Shown in pieces: positions 28,014-32,000 of a stretch of 32,000 nt of DNA (its first letter is position 1; every line of letters starts with the position of its first letter). Position numbers and translations under genes: made by a program. The notes under the pieces are model-generated. The model was not told where the DNA came from. It did not search any database and saw only the letters and a program-made list of their open reading frames with translations. Source of the stretch: Synechocystis sp. PCC 6803 substr. PCC-P (GTDB taxonomy: Bacteria; Cyanobacteriota; Cyanobacteriia; Cyanobacteriales; Microcystaceae); NCBI RefSeq assembly GCF_000284455.1, contig NC_017039.1, forward strand, positions 900,001-932,000. The letters are read 5' to 3'.

Positions 28014-29005
28014 CCGGTGATATTCTGACCACCCAATCCCAGGATAGGCAAGGAATAAAACGATGGGATGAACGCATTGGTTGTCAGCGGGAATGGAGTT
28101 GGCGGGGTTGGCAAATTCGGTATAGTTTTCGTCACCCTATTGAGCCCACTGGTTTACCTCCCCTGTTGCTTATCCATGGTTTTGGGGCGGCGATCGAGCA
28201 TTGGCGTTACAACATGTCGTTTTTTGCTCAACACACCAGCGTTTACGCCATTGATTTGCTTGGTTTTGGTGGTTCCCGCAAAGCTGACGAACGTTACAGT
28301 GCTTACTCCTGGGCAGACCAGGTGCGGGATTTCTGTCGGGAAATAATTGGCTGTCCCACCGTGTTAGTGGGAAATTCCATTGGTTCCCTGGTGGCGTTAA
28401 CTATGGCAGCAGAAAGTCCAACCCTAGTGGCCGGATTAATTATGGCAAGTTTGCCGGACGTTTCTCTTCGTCAGCAGGCCGCCCCTCGTTTTTTAAGACC
28501 TTGGATTGAAAAGGTGGAAAGCGCTTTTTCCCCTCCTTGGTTACTCAATGGCCTATTCAAGTTTGTTCGTCGTCCCCCGATTATCAAGCGTTGGGCCGGT
28601 TTGGCCTATGGTTTGCGGCAGGAACAGCTTGATCTAGACCAGTTTGAAGAGGAATTGGTGCAAATTATTTGTTCTCCTCCCCAGGATTTGGGGGCAGAGG
28701 TTGCCTTTCGGCAATTGTTTAGCTCTGTGCGTCAGTCCCACTTTGCGCCGTCGGTGAAGGAGTTATTGCCTACCCTGGATTTACCCATATTGTTGCTTTG
28801 GGGAGATGGCGATCGGTTTATCCCCTGTCGATATGGCCAGCAATTTGCCCTGTTGAACAAAAAAATTGAATTTCAACTTTGGCCTGGAGTCGGCCACTGT
28901 TTACATGACGAGTGCCCAAATAAGTTTAATCAAACTTGCTTAACTTGGCTAAGGCGGAATTTTGATAAATCCTTTGAACTAAGCGAGCCGGTGGTGACGG
29001 CTTGA
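28010..29005 (+). CDS. Alpha/beta hydrolase fold protein
   Basis: PPLLLIHGFGAAIEHWRYN, LVGNSIGSLVAL (GNSIGS nucleophile elbow), LILLLWGDGDRFIP-like, VGHCLHDE. TTG start overlaps the upstream stop (TTGA). Confidence 0.93.
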   Translation: MTGDILTTQSQDRQGIKRWDERIGCQREWSWRGWQIRYSFRHPIEPTGLPPLLLIHGFGAAIEHWRYNMSFFAQHTSVYAIDLLGFGGSRKADERYSAYSWADQVRDFCREIIGCPTVLVGNSIGSLVALTMAAESPTLVAGLIMASLPDVSLRQQAAPRFLRPWIEKVESAFSPPWLLNGLFKFVRRPPIIKRWAGLAYGLRQEQLDLDQFEEELVQIICSPPQDLGAEVAFRQLFSSVRQSHFAPSVKELLPTLDLPILLLWGDGDRFIPCRYGQQFALLNKKIEFQLWPGVGHCLHDECPNKFNQTCLTWLRRNFDKSFELSEPVVTA

Positions 29006-29060
29006 AAAAGCTGCCAGGAAAATCAATAATGACAAGACTTTCAAATAGATTTTTAATCAG

Positions 29061-30140
29061 CTAAAAACTGTACCAGTCACGAATGGAATCAGCAAAGGTT
29101 TCATCACCATTATCTTGATCATTGTCGGTAAATTCTATAATAGAAGTTTGTTGGGCATCTAGGGACTCCTGCCGACGTCTTTGTAAGTAGGTTGCATCAT
29201 TATCTGTGTGAGTTGTATGCCGCCCATCCCGTTGATTTTTTTCGATTTGTCGCAAAATTTTGCGCACTACAGAGGCTAAGTTTTTAGCGGTTATTTTTTC
29301 ATAGGCAATGCCATAAACGTCGAGCACTTGTTCTAGGTCTAATAAAGCGGCATGGTAGTCCCTCACCCCCCGCCGAATTTTGCTAGAAAGTTCATCTAGG
29401 CTAACTTTGTCTTGGGCAACGCCAATGTTACGGGCAAATTCTTCTAGTTCTATCAGAATGGAATGGGCTGTACTAAAGGAGTCTATTTCATCGATATTTA
29501 GAGGGGTGGATTTTTTTAGAGGGTCCCGCATAATTGCGCCAATTCCCCTTAGCACAGCGGTGCGAATCTCCCCTCGCATCTGTTCAACTCGTTGCATCTG
29601 AAATGCTTTTCCTTCTTCACTGGCCACATACATGGGGGGCAAGCGATTTAGTGTATAGCTAGCCACCTCGGCAATGCTGACAAATTTGGCGACGTTGACG
29701 GGTAGTTTTTGCAGTTCGTTATAAATTTCATCCTTGACTACTACTTCCAGTAAGTTAAGACAGGTTTTCCGCTGACGTTTTTGTTCTTCTTCTTTTTCGT
29801 CTAATAGGTTTTCTAACAATGATTGGCTGATGCTATCGGAGGTAATGCCATAAATGGGAGCGATAATATCTAGCAAGTTTTTGGCGATCGGCACATAGGC
29901 TTCCTTTCGATTCAGGCTTTCAATCAGGTTATACATGTCCGACACCAAACGTTTGATCTCTGGTTGGACTTTAACTAAGTTCACTAGTAGTGTGTAAGTG
30001 GAGCAACTGCCCACAACCTTCGGATCGTTTTCCCAAACTTTGTTGGTCAGACCGTAAATAATTTTCTTTAGTCTAATTCTTTCGCGGTCACTCTCAATTT
30101 TGTTGATAACATCGGGTAAGCATTCCGTGTTAAATTTCAT
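29061..30140 (-). CDS. ComFB-domain protein (candidate c-di-GMP receptor family)
   Basis: TCLNLLEVVVKDEIYNELQKLPVNVAKFVSIAEVASYTLNRLPPMYVASEEGKAFQMQRVEQMRGEIRTAVLRGIGAIMRDP matches the ComFB pattern NxxE..V..E....L...P........V...LNRLPP.Y..SEEG...Q. Confidence 0.75.
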   Translation of the reverse strand: MKFNTECLPDVINKIESDRERIRLKKIIYGLTNKVWENDPKVVGSCSTYTLLVNLVKVQPEIKRLVSDMYNLIESLNRKEAYVPIAKNLLDIIAPIYGITSDSISQSLLENLLDEKEEEQKRQRKTCLNLLEVVVKDEIYNELQKLPVNVAKFVSIAEVASYTLNRLPPMYVASEEGKAFQMQRVEQMRGEIRTAVLRGIGAIMRDPLKKSTPLNIDEIDSFSTAHSILIELEEFARNIGVAQDKVSLDELSSKIRRGVRDYHAALLDLEQVLDVYGIAYEKITAKNLASVVRKILRQIEKNQRDGRHTTHTDNDATYLQRRRQESLDAQQTSIIEFTDNDQDNGDETFADSIRDWYSF

Positions 30141-30402
30141 GATAGTTAGCGAGTGTTAGGGAAAGAATTCTTGCTGACCAAGGCTAATGCAGCCAGTGGT
30201 GTCGGAGGAAAAAGACAAAAGCACTTAAACTATTTTCAACGATTGTGCTGACTGCCAACAATAGTATGATAACAGGCCGACACCAACACCATAGTCTAGA
30301 GATGATTGCCCCAATGGTATCTCCTGAAATCGCTCCCCGGATGTAAGTGGACGATGGCCGTTCAAAAAGTTCACTTCAACTTATTTGGTTTAACTAAAAC
30401 AG

Positions 30403-31098
30403 TCAATTGGAACCAACAGCAGGCTCTCCTAGATGTTGGGCGAGAAGATGGCGACATTCTTCTACCGATCGCCGTTGGGCCAGGGCTTGTTGCAACTGAC
30501 CATGGGCTTGGCGGTGTTGTTCCAGCAGGTTTTTAGCTTGGAGAAAAGCCCAACTTTCCTTTTGCTGTAGTTTAATTTCTGGCAGTCCTGCCCGACGAAA
30601 AGCTTGGCGTAGCTGTTGGCGATCGCCGTTTCCTCCCTGGGATTCACCATAGATAATTTTTTCTGCGGCAATGCCCGCCATCCAAACCGTAGCCCAACGT
30701 TCCAGAGCTTGGGGGCGGAGGTGCCAATCCCGACACTGATTTTCTAGATTGGTCGTATCAAATTGGATGCCCGCCATTCCCCCGGCTCCCTGGCGCAGAA
30801 CTTCCCAGGGACTAAGACTGTAGTTAGTAATGGGAATTTGTAGGCAATGGGCCACCAGAAAATGCCCTGCTTCATGGCACAAAATTCTCTCTTTTTCCGC
30901 TTTGGTTTGGAAGAGACCGACAAAAAAGTCTGTCCCCTTGCCCTGCCAACTAATTTGATCCGCTGTGATTATGCCCAAAATCCCTAAGGTCGCCGCTGCT
31001 GGAATAGCCGGAGAAAGGTGCACTATCGGCCCCACCAGGGCAGACATCATCATTAGGAAAATGGCGATCGCCACCAGATTTAAACGACTATCAGACAT
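30403..31098 (-). CDS. Membrane-anchored M41 (FtsH-like) zinc peptidase domain without AAA+ ATPase
   Basis: Two N-terminal TM-like segments, HEAGHFLVAH zinc-binding motif, MAGIAAEKIIYGESQGGNGDRQQLRQAF matching the M41 MAG.AAE..I.GE...G..D motif. No Walker A/B. Confidence 0.82.
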   Translation of the reverse strand: MSDSRLNLVAIAIFLMMMSALVGPIVHLSPAIPAAATLGILGIITADQISWQGKGTDFFVGLFQTKAEKERILCHEAGHFLVAHCLQIPITNYSLSPWEVLRQGAGGMAGIQFDTTNLENQCRDWHLRPQALERWATVWMAGIAAEKIIYGESQGGNGDRQQLRQAFRRAGLPEIKLQQKESWAFLQAKNLLEQHRQAHGQLQQALAQRRSVEECRHLLAQHLGEPAVGSN

Positions 31099-31161
31099 GG
31101 TCAGGAAAAATAGCTCCAGTTAATCAACTTGGTCAGAGGCAGGGTCCATCAACGTGGGTAA

Positions 31162-31644
31162 TTAAAAGCGCACTTGGGAATAGGCCGCGTCGGAAATGGT
31201 GGGAATTTCTGCGTAGCGTCCCAGCACTGATTGAACAATGCCGAAAAATCCACAGGCTAAGGCCCCAAGGAAAGCAAAATTGTAGAGGGTTTCGGTAACT
31301 AGTCCCTGGCCAAACACTGGCTGGATCACGTAGGCAACGATTAAGCCAAACAAGGATAGGAGAATGCCAATTAGGATGGCTTGCATAGCATTGAAGCGGA
31401 TAAAGTGGGAGATATTGTTGTTTCTCACCACTGCCATAAACAGCACAATAAAGATGATAAAAGAGGCAAAGGGAAACTGATAATAGAATTGCAACAGGGG
31501 CATAATGGGCAAGTAAATTATCTGTAAAACAGGAAATTGTTGTAATAAAAATCCCCCAAACATGAATGCATCAATGAGGGGAATCACATAAATCAAAGCA
31601 CTGAAAAAACGATCTTTCCCGTCTGCCGTACTGTTAGATGCCAT
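31162..31644 (-). CDS. ycf60: Tic20 family protein (Ycf60-like)
   Basis: DRFFSALIYVIPLIDAFMFGGFLLQQFP...ISHFIRFNAMQAILIGILLSL...; four hydrophobic segments. Confidence 0.88.
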   Translation of the reverse strand: MASNSTADGKDRFFSALIYVIPLIDAFMFGGFLLQQFPVLQIIYLPIMPLLQFYYQFPFASFIIFIVLFMAVVRNNNISHFIRFNAMQAILIGILLSLFGLIVAYVIQPVFGQGLVTETLYNFAFLGALACGFFGIVQSVLGRYAEIPTISDAAYSQVRF

Positions 31645-31893
31645 AGAAAATTCCTTGTTGATTTAAAAAGAGTTACGCAGATTATGCCCTGATTTTAACC
31701 TGGGTTCGTCATGGCCCAGATTCGGTCTTCCCCCAGGCGATCGCCAAGGAAAAATTATTTTTCTGACCCGCTACCGTGGCGACAATGGTGGCCAGGTTGA
31801 TACTCCTCAGGTTGGTTAACAGCCTATCCAAAACTTGCTAGAGTGTTCATTGGCCAAAAATCCCATTAATTCTTTTATTATTACCGCTTTGCC

Positions 31894-32000
31894 ATGGTTA
31901 ACACCTACACCGCCGAAATCCAACACCAGGGTCAGACCTATACCATCTCCGTTCCCGAGGATAAAACGGTGCTCCAAGCGGCGGATGATGAGGGGATACA
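31894..32000 (+). CDS. 2Fe-2S ferredoxin, N-terminal fragment (truncated by window end)
   Basis: MVNTYTAEIQHQGQTYTISVPEDKTVLQAADDEGI, the plant-type ferredoxin N-terminal beta-grasp. Confidence 0.85.
   Translation, partial: MVNTYTAEIQHQGQTYTISVPEDKTVLQAADDEGI

Noticed and set aside
30306-30536. Plus-strand 76-aa ORF at the 3' end of the M41-like gene
   Set aside because: It is largely antisense to the protease C-terminus and has no protein-like conservation evidence.
1-32000. CRISPR array, transposase, prophage or retron/DGR
   Set aside because: No regular direct-repeat/spacer pattern, no DDE or recombinase-like ORF, no reverse transcriptase motif (xxDD) and no phage structural genes were seen.

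Overview
This 32 kb window is a gene-dense, HIP1-rich (GCGATCGC) cyanobacterial chromosome segment. It closely resembles Synechocystis sp. PCC 6803, but the organism is inferred from recalled protein and gene-order similarity, not searched. From left to right it holds: the tail of a histidine kinase, an AraC-type response regulator and a PatA/CheY-type regulator (matching the PixA/NixB/NixC = UirS/UirR/LsiR phototaxis system); aroQ and mgtE; a GT4 glycosyltransferase; a 2H-phosphoesterase-like protein; an alpha/beta hydrolase, pmgA and an RlmD/RumA-type methyltransferase; ilvA, sepF and a cupin gene; a BrnT/BrnA toxin-antitoxin pair divergent from groESL; a periplasmic-sensor GGDEF-EAL protein; a Nudix hydrolase and a GIY-YIG-like protein; and aroC plus the rplL-rplJ-rplA-rplK-nusG-secE-trnW-rplS ribosomal/secretory cluster. 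The right end has a ComFB-domain protein, a standalone M41-like membrane protease, a Tic20/Ycf60 protein and the start of a 2Fe-2S ferredoxin. I found no CRISPR array, transposon or phage module. The best leads are: repeat elements flanking the AraC-type regulator and a candidate sRNA promoter; brnTA with a near-consensus, apparently leaderless promoter beside a three-element (N-box/K-box/CIRCE) groESL promoter; a GIY-YIG-like protein with three QxxLF sliding-clamp-like motifs; a ComFB-domain protein sharing the window with a bifunctional c-di-GMP enzyme; and small ORFs below the track cutoff. None of these is proven to be a new system.
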